From Ignavibacteria bacterium (lineage in GTDB: Bacteria > Bacteroidota > Ignavibacteria > Kapaibacteriales > UBA4661): a stretch of DNA of 64,000 bases. Positions 48,791 through 58,014 of this stretch are shown in pieces. Location of the stretch: NCBI GenBank assembly GCA_947459425.1, contig CANHDJ010000002.1, forward strand, positions 60,051-124,050. Direction: 5' to 3'. The translations under genes were made by a program, and so were the position numbers. The notes below the pieces were generated by a model. The model made no database searches. It saw only the letters and a program-made list of their open reading frames with translations, and was not told the origin of the DNA. Position 1 is the first letter of the stretch, and each line of letters opens with the position of its first letter.

Positions 48791-49354
48791 TTAGCCCTTG
48801 ACGCGCTCAATATATGCGCCCGTCGCCGTATCAATACGAATCATATCGCCTTCATTCACGAAAATTGGTACAGGAATCTCTGCGCCGGTTTCCATGATTG
48901 CTGGCTTCATAATGTTGTTGACCGAATCGCCCTTTACGCCCGGCTCAGTCTGAGCGACGCGCAGATTGACGTGCGAAGGCATTTCAACAGCGAGAATTTC
49001 CGTGTCATTGAAGGTAATATACGAATCAGAGCCTTCTTTGAGGTATTTTGCGTATTCGCCAACTATTTTCGGCTCGACGCTTACTTGGTCGTAGCTTTCT
49101 TTATCCATAAAAACGAAGCTATCGCCGTCTTTGTAAAGATACTGATACTCGCGTTTTTCTACTCGCAGAAATTCCAGCGTCTCGCCTGAACGGAAGCGGG
49201 TTTCGGTGAGTTTGCCACTGCGAAGATTGCGCATTTTTACCTGGTAAAAAGCGCGAAGGTTACCCGGTGTGCGATGCTCGGATTCTAAAATGAGGCACGG
49301 GTCGTTATTGAATTTTAGGACTGCGCCTTTTCTCAAATCTGCTGTTGTAGCCAT
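48791..49354 (-). CDS. efp: Elongation factor P (PGN-tip variant)
   Basis: TADLRKG, HRTPGNLRAF, YQYLY, PGVKGDS, VPIFVNEGD..IDT; ATG 49354. Confidence 0.97.
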   Translation of the reverse strand: MATTADLRKGAVLKFNNDPCLILESEHRTPGNLRAFYQVKMRNLRSGKLTETRFRSGETLEFLRVEKREYQYLYKDGDSFVFMDKESYDQVSVEPKIVGEYAKYLKEGSDSYITFNDTEILAVEMPSHVNLRVAQTEPGVKGDSVNNIMKPAIMETGAEIPVPIFVNEGDMIRIDTATGAYIERVKG

Positions 49355-49393
49355 AATGCTAAGACAATGAAAAAGAAGGTTACTACCAAAAAG

Positions 49394-49464
49394 AGGAGAC
49401 GGGCGGATTTGAACCGCCGTACAAGGTTTTGCAGACCTCTGCCTAACCGCTCGGCCACGTCTCC
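49394..49464 (-). tRNA. tRNA-Cys(GCA)
   Basis: Reverse complement GGAGACGTGGCCGAGCGGTTAGGCAGAGGTCTGCAAAACCTT..GGTTCAAATCC..CGTCTCCT. Confidence 0.96.
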
Positions 49465-49531
49465 TTGCTGAACAAGGCTGCGTTTGAGATTGTATCATGC
49501 CTCAAGGCATACTTTTTTCAAAAGCAGACTG

Positions 49532-49563
49532 CAAATGTAGGATTTTTTTTTATCACAAACAAA
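49532..49563 (-). promoter_or_regulatory. Bacteroidota-type promoter for tRNA-Cys-efp-accB-accC
   Basis: Minus strand TTTG (49563-49560), 20-nt spacer, TACATTTG (49539-49532). Confidence 0.75.
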
Positions 49564-49618
49564 TTGTAACGCTATTCCTTTGCCAAAAATATCTGCTATC
49601 TGCTTGTTTTATTGTTGA

Positions 49619-50266
49619 TTACACTAAAAATGGATTTGTGCGTTTTTCGATACCAATGCGTGTACGCTCCCCGTGTCCGGGTAAAACAATAGTATCGTCA
49701 TGCAGCGTAAAAAGTTGTGTGCGAATAGCATGAAGCAGTGTCGCAGTATCGCCACCGGGCAGGTCTGTCCGTCCAATACTCCCGGCAAATAACGTATCGC
49801 CCACAAAAGCAAGGTTGCGGGCGTGGTCAATCAAGCAAATACCGCCTTCGGTGTGTCCAGGCGTGTGACGTACTTCAAGTTCCCATGCGCCTAATCGGAA
49901 CACATCGCCGCCGCGCAAGTAACTATCAGCTTTACAGGGTTCTAGTGTGAAAGGTAGCGGAACACTGGTGAATTTGTTCGGCTCGCCCAAACGATATTCG
50001 TCGTCGGGATGAACCGCGACAGGGGCTTGTGTAGCGCGTTGCAATGCCGCAACATCACCCGTATGATCCCAATGTGAGTGCGTCAAAACGATGTGCGCAA
50101 TGCGGACGTTTTCCTGTTTTGCATTTTCAATAAAAAAATCGGCACTGCCAAGCGGCACGTCAATCACTGCCGCCAAACCTGAGTCTGCATCCGAAATCAT
50201 GTAGCCAAATGTGGCGACAGGACCAGATTCGATAGGAAATATTTTCAACGATGAAGCGTTTGCCAT
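49619..50266 (-). CDS. MBL-fold metallo-hydrolase (glyoxalase II-like)
   Basis: THSHWDH, HTPGHT, GDTLF..GRTDLPGG, PGHG. Confidence 0.94.
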   Translation of the reverse strand: MANASSLKIFPIESGPVATFGYMISDADSGLAAVIDVPLGSADFFIENAKQENVRIAHIVLTHSHWDHTGDVAALQRATQAPVAVHPDDEYRLGEPNKFTSVPLPFTLEPCKADSYLRGGDVFRLGAWELEVRHTPGHTEGGICLIDHARNLAFVGDTLFAGSIGRTDLPGGDTATLLHAIRTQLFTLHDDTIVLPGHGERTRIGIEKRTNPFLV

Positions 50267-50326
50267 AGTAAAGAGGAAACAGTTTTAAGTGATATGTTTT
50301 GAGCGTAAAAGCGCCTTGTTCCTTGA

Positions 50327-51037
50327 TTACCGCCAGCCTTGTTCGCCCACTAGGGGTACAAAGCGAAACGTTTGAAATTCTTCGGCAGAAAATGCATCTG
50401 CCCCCAAACCCGCATGAAGCCTTGTGATACGGTACAAACGTTGATGTGTCTGCGATCCCACGGGAACGACCATTTTGCCACCAACAGAGAGTTGTTGTGC
50501 GAGTTTTTCCGGTACATCGGGCGAACCCGCCGTAACGATAATTGCATCAAAAGGCGCGTATTCACTCCATCCAAGCGAACCATCCGAAAGGCGTGTCATT
50601 ACGGGTATTCCAAGTGCGGTAAATCGTTTTTGTGCCTCGGCAAGAAGTTCGGGAATACGCTCGACGGTATAAATCCGACGAAAGCCCATTGCGCCCAAAA
50701 TGGCGGCTTGGTAGCCACTTCCTGTACCGATTTCAAGAATAGTGTAGCGTGACAAGATTTCCTCAGAAGGCTCTGTATTCGTGGGCATGAGGAGTTCGGT
50801 CATAAACGCAACTGTGTACGGCTGCGAGATAGTCTGCCCTGCGCCGATGGGCAGTGCGACGTTCTCATACCCACGCGCTTTGAGTGCATCGGGGAGAAAG
50901 TCTTCACGGCGTACCTGAGCGATCGCCCGCAATACTGCTTCATTCCGAATCCCTTTTGCCCGCAATTCCTTCAGAAGCCCGTCGCGTTGGGCTTCCAGTA
51001 CGGTCGAGCGGGTGAAGGTTGAAACGTGGTCGAGCAT
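50327..51037 (-). CDS. pcm: Protein-L-isoaspartate O-methyltransferase
   Basis: GQTISQPY, LEIGTGSGYQAA, APFDAIIVTA, FRFVPL. Confidence 0.96.
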   Translation of the reverse strand: MLDHVSTFTRSTVLEAQRDGLLKELRAKGIRNEAVLRAIAQVRREDFLPDALKARGYENVALPIGAGQTISQPYTVAFMTELLMPTNTEPSEEILSRYTILEIGTGSGYQAAILGAMGFRRIYTVERIPELLAEAQKRFTALGIPVMTRLSDGSLGWSEYAPFDAIIVTAGSPDVPEKLAQQLSVGGKMVVPVGSQTHQRLYRITRLHAGLGADAFSAEEFQTFRFVPLVGEQGWR

Positions 51038-51051
51038 GGAATTTGGGTAGA

Positions 51052-51501
51052 TTAGCGGTTAAAGAACACAGCAGCACAACAAAGATTCGCCACCGTGAGC
51101 GTGGCATCAACGATAAAAATAAACAGCATCGGTCCCGAAAGCACCTTCCAGAGAGGTTTTTGTGCCCTGCGCTCTGCTAGGGCAAGTGGCAAATTAAAAG
51201 CAAATTGCGTACCGTGTGCCAAAGCGAAAATTACGGCGAAAATGCAATTCTGCCGTGCATCAGGGAATATTTCACGCGAAAAAAGCAACACAACGGCAAA
51301 TGCGGACAATGCCAAATTCATCCCGCCTAAAAATTTCACACTCCACACTAGCGTTGGAAAGAGGATATTCTCTCGCTCCGAATACGGCGTAAGAATTTTT
51401 GCCGCTTTGCGCGATTGTAGGCTAAAAAAATTGAACGCCGCCCCAAACCACAAAGCGTTAAGCGCGAGAACAAGCGTAAAGATATTCATAACGGTTAGCA
51501 T
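51052..51501 (-). CDS. Hypothetical 4-TM membrane protein
   Basis: Four hydrophobic helices; collinear with flanking genes. Confidence 0.7.
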   Translation of the reverse strand: MLTVMNIFTLVLALNALWFGAAFNFFSLQSRKAAKILTPYSERENILFPTLVWSVKFLGGMNLALSAFAVVLLFSREIFPDARQNCIFAVIFALAHGTQFAFNLPLALAERRAQKPLWKVLSGPMLFIFIVDATLTVANLCCAAVFFNR

Positions 51502-51513
51502 AATACTCTGTAT

Positions 51514-52164
51514 TTACAGTGATTCGTCAAATAATTGCCGTGCAGCAGCGATTTCATCTTCCACAATCGTATGTGGCATATTGGGATAGAGCCGTGCGGT
51601 CACCTTTGCACCGAGTTGCCGATATATCTCGGCTGTTTCAAGAAACCGCGCCTTTGGGATATGCGGGTCAACATCACTACAGCCCATAAAAACAGGTGTT
51701 TCAGCAAAATTTCCGGCATAGTTGCGCGGAGTGCCGTCAGGACCAATGACACCACCGCTAAAGGCATAAACACCGCCGTAACGCTGTGCATTGCGGGCAG
51801 CAAATTCCAGCATTAAACACGCACCCTGCGAAAAGCCCAGCAAATATTGGCGTTCCAGCGGTACGCCGCGTTCCAATGCCGCATCGGAAAGCGTTTTAAT
51901 GACCGTCAAGCCCGATGACAAGCCAGGTTCATTCGATGCAATCGGCGCAAGAAAGGAATTGGGATACCATGTATAATCCGTTGCTTCGGGCGCTAAAAAT
52001 GATATTTTTGGTCCCTCCGTCTGAAAAAATCGCGCTAACGAAAGAATATCCATTGCTGTCCCGCCGCGTCCGTGCAGAAGCAGCATAACGTGTGTTGCCT
52101 GAGAAAGCGGTACGCCCTCGCTTCGCACAACATCGGCGGTATGAATATGCTGGTGATGACTCAT
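51514..52164 (-). CDS. Phospholipase/carboxylesterase (alpha/beta hydrolase)
   Basis: LLHGRGG, GFSQG nucleophile, DVDPHIP, MPHTI. Confidence 0.92.
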   Translation of the reverse strand: MSHHQHIHTADVVRSEGVPLSQATHVMLLLHGRGGTAMDILSLARFFQTEGPKISFLAPEATDYTWYPNSFLAPIASNEPGLSSGLTVIKTLSDAALERGVPLERQYLLGFSQGACLMLEFAARNAQRYGGVYAFSGGVIGPDGTPRNYAGNFAETPVFMGCSDVDPHIPKARFLETAEIYRQLGAKVTARLYPNMPHTIVEDEIAAARQLFDESL

Positions 52165-52179
52165 TTTTGCCCTTGATGA

Positions 52180-53046
52180 TTACCGAATTTTTGTGGTGAA
52201 ATCCTGCAATTTCGCAATGTAATTCGTCAGCACCATTGTTTCAGGAATGGTGCTATGCCCGGCACCCGGAATTTTGAAAAATTCTTTTGCCGGCGAAAGA
52301 TTGTTTGGTGCGGCAGCAAAGAGTTTTTCGCCGTGGCGTTTGATGTCAATAAAGCGGTCTTCTGTGCCGTGCATCAGCAAGAGTGGGCAGCGAATATTTG
52401 CTATCCGCACGATATTGGCAAACTCATCTCGCATCACAAAACCGCCCGGAATATCCAGCAGCGTACCGCTTTGCACAAGGTCTGAGGTTGAGGCAAAAAT
52501 CGCCTCTGTCACAAGCCCTTTGGGTTGGAATGTTGCGTTGGGAGCCGCATATTTACTCGCAAGATAGACCGAAGGCACACCGCCCAAGGAATAACCATAG
52601 AGCAGAATATTATTTTTGTTCACGTCGCTCCGAGCCAGTAATGTTGCCAATGCTGCTTCCGCGTCAGTTTCCAAGCCCTCTTGCGAGGATTGTCCTTCGC
52701 TTCTGCCAAAGCCGCGATAATCGTAGATAAACGTGTTGTAGCCGGCTTTGTAGAAATATTCCATTCTGTCCCAATAGGACTGAATCCCTTGAAAGTTGCC
52801 GTGATGATAGAAGATTGTCGGCGTGGAAGCCGTTGCACGGGGCGATTTCACGAAGTACGCATACAAGGTAAACGTTCCTGATTTGAATGTAATCTCCTGC
52901 CGTGCCGATACCGGAATCACGCTGTCCGGCAGCACATAGCTGGTCACTTTTTGTGTGTTAAAAAGGAAGCCGTCCATCGAAGCACAGCCAGGAAGTGCGC
53001 TCAGAGCTACGACAGCGCACAGAATGAGGATTGATGAGCGTTTCAT
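52180..53046 (-). CDS. Alpha/beta hydrolase lipoprotein (ABHD/BEM46-like)
   Basis: Lipobox LPGC; HHGN, YDYRGFGRSEG, GYSLG, HGTED, GAGH. Confidence 0.9.
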   Translation of the reverse strand: MKRSSILILCAVVALSALPGCASMDGFLFNTQKVTSYVLPDSVIPVSARQEITFKSGTFTLYAYFVKSPRATASTPTIFYHHGNFQGIQSYWDRMEYFYKAGYNTFIYDYRGFGRSEGQSSQEGLETDAEAALATLLARSDVNKNNILLYGYSLGGVPSVYLASKYAAPNATFQPKGLVTEAIFASTSDLVQSGTLLDIPGGFVMRDEFANIVRIANIRCPLLLMHGTEDRFIDIKRHGEKLFAAAPNNLSPAKEFFKIPGAGHSTIPETMVLTNYIAKLQDFTTKIR

Positions 53047-53085
53047 GGTAGTATTGAAAATGAATGAGCGTTATTGGGAAAAATG

Positions 53086-53847
53086 TTATTTCGCGTCGGA
53101 AGCAGAGGCTTTTTGTGCAATCGTCCAGTTAAAACCGAGAAATACGCCCCAGTTTCCCGTCGAACCAATCGTGGATTGCCCCTGAAAAATACCATTGCGG
53201 GTATCAATATTTGCCGCCATCCATTTCCACTCGCCTTGCAAGCTAAAGGTCGGCGAAAGCGCGTATTGAAGCCCTACGGTCGGTGTCAGGAAATAATTTG
53301 GCGCAGCAGATAGCTGGAAAAGATTCTCCACAGCAAGATACCCTAAAAGTCCCTGCGTCAGCTCATAACTGGCGTTTACAGAAAGATACGGTAGTACCCG
53401 CACCGCACCTGCCGCCGTCGCACCATCAGCCGAAACGGGACGTGTGGAGGTGCTTCCGGGGGTGAAATCGTAAAAACCATAGACTTGCGCCTTAGCGGTC
53501 AGTTCCGGCACTACGCCTTGTTGCTTGATGAGGCGCATCGCAGCACCCAAATCCAAACCAAGCGCACCAAATGGCAACAGTGTTCCATGAAGGCTACCTG
53601 TCAGCGTAACATTTTCGGAAATGCCGTGCATAGCGCCCACATTCAGGTACGGCGCAATAATTGCCGGGCTTGAGTTCGGCAGCCAAGGACCGCCCAGCGA
53701 ACCTGTTATTTGCGTTGTGCCTTCAGGCAAAACACGTACAGGCTGCACCACGCTACACGCCAAACAGCCCACCAATAAACACACTGCGCCGAAAGCCCGC
53801 AAATGAAGCGTGACCGAACGGCTTCGAGCAGAAGTAAAGTTCACCAT
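53086..53847 (-). CDS. Hypothetical exported protein, probable outer-membrane beta-barrel
   Basis: Signal/lipobox-like CLAC; alternating beta strands ending GVFLGFNW; ATG 53847 chosen. Confidence 0.7.
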   Translation of the reverse strand: MVNFTSARSRSVTLHLRAFGAVCLLVGCLACSVVQPVRVLPEGTTQITGSLGGPWLPNSSPAIIAPYLNVGAMHGISENVTLTGSLHGTLLPFGALGLDLGAAMRLIKQQGVVPELTAKAQVYGFYDFTPGSTSTRPVSADGATAAGAVRVLPYLSVNASYELTQGLLGYLAVENLFQLSAAPNYFLTPTVGLQYALSPTFSLQGEWKWMAANIDTRNGIFQGQSTIGSTGNWGVFLGFNWTIAQKASASDAK

Positions 53848-53918
53848 AACACACAGAAAGAAGTGAAGGAAAGGGTATTTTTTTGCCGAATATGCTGAAT
53901 TTATCGGAGAAAAGCCAG

Positions 53919-53948
53919 AGAAATGGAGAAAAAAGAAATGGAGAAAAA
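53919..53948. repeat. Perfect 15-bp tandem duplication AGAAATGGAGAAAAA x2
   Basis: Units 53919-53933 and 53934-53948 in the intergenic spacer. Confidence 0.9.
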
Positions 53949-53975
53949 TTGCTGTTAAAAACAGGAGTGCTTGCT

Positions 53976-55967
53976 TTAGCGAATGATGTGAATAAGGCGT
54001 GCCATCCGTTGTGTTCCCGCTTCTACGCATAGTGTGTATGAGCCTTGTGGCAGTTCGTGTATATTCAACACGATATTCGTTTTCCCTTGAGGGCTGTTTT
54101 CTGAAGGCATCGCCAAAACCTTCTGCCCCAAAGAATTGACAAGATAAAGATTGACAGTATAACGAGAAGAAAGTGTATATTCCACACGAACATCGTCCGA
54201 CGAAATAGGATTGGGCGAAACCAGTAAGGGTGCGCCATCGGAACTATTTTCTTCGGTGCGCACCGAGGTCGGAACGGATGCCAGACGGCGCAAGGGCTTT
54301 ACCGTCCAGTTTGTCGGACCATTTTGACTCGGCATAGCACCCGACGGAGGGGTGAGTGCTGCCGGAATAGCAATCATCCTTGCTTCAAGAGCGCTCGTGC
54401 CGCTTGCAGAGCCACCGTCTGCCGCTTGAAATGCCCGTGCCAGCAGCACGAAGTATTCTAACGTGTTCAATGAGCGTGTTCCAAGTGCAATACTCGTGGG
54501 CATACGCCCACCATAGCGATTTTGTGCGGTTTGTAGCGAAAGGAGGCTGTCTTGAGTGCGTATTACCGACAGTGCATCATTCAGTGTGGGCGAAAACGTT
54601 GCCGTCAAGCCCGTTCCATTACCTAAAGGCGGTACAAGGTCGCGTAACGCCAGCGATTCCGGCAATCGCCCCGTGCTGGCGTAATCAGCAAGCGAGCGTT
54701 GAAGCGCGTAGTAGCCATCGGCAAGCGAAAAATAATCGGTTGTTTGCGGAATCGTAAAAAAGTTTTTTGTCGGTAGACGAAAACTTGTGCCGGAAGCCTG
54801 TGTGAGAATTTGACTTGCCAAATTGCGGCATTGTTCACGGGAAATGGAGCGCTCACGGTCGTCCGAAAGAGTGTTTATGAGGCTTTGCATGGTAATCGTG
54901 CGAATATTCGGATGCGCCCCGATGTATTGCATGAGCGAATCATACTTCGCCCAAATTGCGTCTTTTTGACGCTGCGACCAAGGAATAATGCGATCAGTAG
55001 GAAACGCTGTCGTGTCGTAGGGAACGGGATTTGTCGCGCCGGACGTGCCTTCGACGTAATACACCGAATAAAATGGCGGTCGGTCGTAGCTAAAATCGGT
55101 TTCGTGCATGATAGCGTTTATCAGCGTGAGTTGGTTGCGGTTCACCTGCGCCATCTGGCGCTCCGCATAACGGCGCGGGCTGTAAGCGTCTGCATCGGGC
55201 GTGAGAACCATTTTCCACCAAAACGTATCACTTTTCATCGTTCCAGCCGCCCAGCGCGTAATGCTGCTGTCGGAAGGACGCGCGAGTACGCCCCGAATCG
55301 ACATAAACGGATACGTCGCATCAGCACCGCCCTCGTGTTCATCAACCGTAGCGCGTAAGCCGGATTTTTTCAGGGGAATCATTGCGCCAATTGCAAGGCT
55401 GTCCGCATCGAAATTTCCGCTAATGCCAAACCCCACGCAAACAGGCTTTGTCCCGGACTTTTGCTCAATAAAATCATACCCGCCCAAGGCAGAATCTAAG
55501 CCGCCGGTGGCAACATTGACGCGCCGACGTTCCCATTTTTCACATTCAGCAATGGCTTCGTCCGTTTTCCCCTGACGAAAGAGCGTAATGATGCCGAGTT
55601 GCGGGTTTTGCGCCTCGCGGCGAGTCGGGCGAAAATTCAGCGCGTGTGGGGAGCGGTGATGAATATTGATGCCCATTCCGGCGCGGCGCAGCGAGTCCAG
55701 AAATCCCACATAACTCCATTCCAAGCGCTGTGCAAGCTGTTCGGTAAAATAAAAATCGGCGATGATGTTATACTTGCGATATATCGCAAAGAGCCGCGAG
55801 AGCGTTTCGTAGGAGGTTTTTACCTGTGAAAAATCATGGCAATTCATCACCACGTTCATATAAACATACTTGTTATTCTCAACAGCACGAGGCGCAATAA
55901 AGGTTTGGGCAGATATATTTGTTATGCTAACAATAAGCCAAGCAATAATCAACAATAATGATTTCAT
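53976..55967 (-). CDS. T9SS-secreted NodB/CE4-like barrel protein with a helical repeat region
   Basis: Signal peptide; MNCHDF, FYFT, INIHHR, HETDF; four helix-turn-RxP repeats; CTD VSPNP..GSYTLCV. Confidence 0.72.
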   Translation of the reverse strand: MKSLLLIIAWLIVSITNISAQTFIAPRAVENNKYVYMNVVMNCHDFSQVKTSYETLSRLFAIYRKYNIIADFYFTEQLAQRLEWSYVGFLDSLRRAGMGINIHHRSPHALNFRPTRREAQNPQLGIITLFRQGKTDEAIAECEKWERRRVNVATGGLDSALGGYDFIEQKSGTKPVCVGFGISGNFDADSLAIGAMIPLKKSGLRATVDEHEGGADATYPFMSIRGVLARPSDSSITRWAAGTMKSDTFWWKMVLTPDADAYSPRRYAERQMAQVNRNQLTLINAIMHETDFSYDRPPFYSVYYVEGTSGATNPVPYDTTAFPTDRIIPWSQRQKDAIWAKYDSLMQYIGAHPNIRTITMQSLINTLSDDRERSISREQCRNLASQILTQASGTSFRLPTKNFFTIPQTTDYFSLADGYYALQRSLADYASTGRLPESLALRDLVPPLGNGTGLTATFSPTLNDALSVIRTQDSLLSLQTAQNRYGGRMPTSIALGTRSLNTLEYFVLLARAFQAADGGSASGTSALEARMIAIPAALTPPSGAMPSQNGPTNWTVKPLRRLASVPTSVRTEENSSDGAPLLVSPNPISSDDVRVEYTLSSRYTVNLYLVNSLGQKVLAMPSENSPQGKTNIVLNIHELPQGSYTLCVEAGTQRMARLIHIIR

Positions 55968-57667
55968 GGTTGCACCTGTACGGTTTGGGTGTGGGTAAAT
56001 GTTGGCGTTTGAAGGCGGAGAAAATATGCTCCGAAAGCGCTTGGTAATACGGTTTGTGAAAATTGATAGCTGTGTTGACCACTGGGCAATTCAACATCAA
56101 GTAACGATGCTGTTTCTTGACCAAGTGCATTGTACAAACTCAATTTGACGCGCTCTACACGAGATAGTGTAAATTCTACACGCATTTCGTCCGTAATCGG
56201 GTTTGGTGCTACGGCGAAAATAACTGCGCCTTGTTCATCACGCACGGCGCTTGGAAGCAGCGCCGTACCGCTCAGGCGCGTCGTTGCTGTTGCCGAGCCG
56301 CTTGCGTGGGTAATTGTACCGGAAATGACTCCCGCAGAAGTCGGCGAAAACCGCACAAAGACTTGTGCAGAGAGGTTCCCACTGCTTGGCGTGAGTGTGA
56401 GCGTGCTGGCGAATTGCCCCGTAGCGCTATTTGCCACTTGAAAACCCTGCGAAGCCGATACTGAAACGCTTGCCGAGAGACGAGAGCCAGTGAGCGTGTA
56501 GCTCTGCACGGAGGACGTTCTGCCGATATTGACACTACCGAAATCAGGCAATGTTGCCACCGACGGTGTGAGCGCTGGTGTGGCGGATGGAGGCGTTGAA
56601 CACTGGTCAACGCCGTTGGTCAAGGGGTAAAAATTGGGTTGTTCGTTGTAGAGCGCTTTCCACGCGGCGGCTTTTTCGCTGTGGGTCGCCCATTTGATTT
56701 GCCCCGAAGTCGCCAGAGGGCGCAGAGAATCAAGCAAAATATTGATTTTATCCAGATACCCTGCCCGCGAGAAATCACGCTGATTTGTTTGAATTTGCAT
56801 CGTAAAAAACTTTCCGCGATTTGTCCGCATTGCTGCAATGGCTGCCCGCACTTTTGCCATAATTTCCGTGACAACCGTTGCGACGGGCTTTGTACTGTCG
56901 ATGAGCGCATCGTCGCCAACGCCGATATTTGCTAATGCTGCCGTACAGGTATGATTCATGTAGCCCGTGCTGCTGGTGTCGCGGGGTCGCCATGCGCCAC
57001 TGTGATTGAGGTCGTTGCCATGTCCGGTCTGCATACGGCGGTAATCGTACGTTGCGCCGCCGAGCAGCACCTCTGCCTTCCACGTATAGGTCGGATACTT
57101 GCGTCCTCGCAACCCCTTTGCCAGCGAATCCCACGTAAAACCTGCGGTGGTCATTCCCATCAGCGTTTGCGCTCCCATCGGACCATTCCACGTAAAACCG
57201 CCGACATTTTTTGATGATTTAATTGTGGGCGAAAGCTGGTCGAGCAGATAGGCGACATCGGCGTAGTTGTACTGGTTTTGGTGGGCGTGGGGGTCGAGTT
57301 GAATTTGCCCATTATTGTCTTCCGCCATCCAGCGCAAGAGATTTTTTCCATTGGTCGAAGCGTCGCCTTTATCAAATTGCTGCGCCGCAAGCAGGAAATT
57401 CCAATCCGATTGATAGTTCCACTTTCCGCCCTTCGAGCGCACCATATCGGCAATTTGCTTGACGTAAGCGCGGTATTGGGTGTACTGCGTTTGATTAGCG
57501 GCATAATTTAGCGTTACGCCCGCCGGGTCTTTATCGCTTTCTTCGCAATGAGAGTTAAAATTGATATAGAGCGTGTCTTGCGCAGGTTGAGCAAAAAGCG
57601 AAGCCCCGCAAACAAAGTAGAATAAGGCTTTCAGACAAAAGCCACGGAGATAATGGAAGGGTTTCAT
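55964..57667 (-). CDS. T9SS-secreted NodB/CE4-like barrel protein with choice-of-anchor D/ASH-like domain
   Basis: Signal peptide; NSHCEE, WNYQSDW, DPHAH; DFGSVNIG..VRFSP..RLSG; CTD VAPNP..GAYFLRL; ATGA overlap with next gene. Confidence 0.75.
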   Translation of the reverse strand: MKPFHYLRGFCLKALFYFVCGASLFAQPAQDTLYINFNSHCEESDKDPAGVTLNYAANQTQYTQYRAYVKQIADMVRSKGGKWNYQSDWNFLLAAQQFDKGDASTNGKNLLRWMAEDNNGQIQLDPHAHQNQYNYADVAYLLDQLSPTIKSSKNVGGFTWNGPMGAQTLMGMTTAGFTWDSLAKGLRGRKYPTYTWKAEVLLGGATYDYRRMQTGHGNDLNHSGAWRPRDTSSTGYMNHTCTAALANIGVGDDALIDSTKPVATVVTEIMAKVRAAIAAMRTNRGKFFTMQIQTNQRDFSRAGYLDKINILLDSLRPLATSGQIKWATHSEKAAAWKALYNEQPNFYPLTNGVDQCSTPPSATPALTPSVATLPDFGSVNIGRTSSVQSYTLTGSRLSASVSVSASQGFQVANSATGQFASTLTLTPSSGNLSAQVFVRFSPTSAGVISGTITHASGSATATTRLSGTALLPSAVRDEQGAVIFAVAPNPITDEMRVEFTLSRVERVKLSLYNALGQETASLLDVELPSGQHSYQFSQTVLPSAFGAYFLRLQTPTFTHTQTVQVQP

Positions 57668-58014
57668 AGCAACACCTCGAAAAAAAAGTGATAATACATG
57701 GGAAGAGCGAGATTGTTTCAATGGTATAGCATCGTTCTCTCTAAGCAAGAACCGTTTATTGATGAAGGAGTTACGGTGCTTTTCGTCATAATTTTCTCTA
57801 CCCAAAAGTCATAGCCCCTATTTGTCGCTATACAATATTTGGATTTGGGTAGCAAGTATTTCCCGCACTGGAAATATACACTATGAAGGCTTTTTGAACA
57901 AATATTGAGTGGCGATATTTTCAGAAAAAATACTTGGCATAGAATTTCAGCATGATTTTTGCAGGTGTTCTTGCGTAGCTACGTTGATTATTGCGAAACT
58001 TCGCTCAAATGCTG

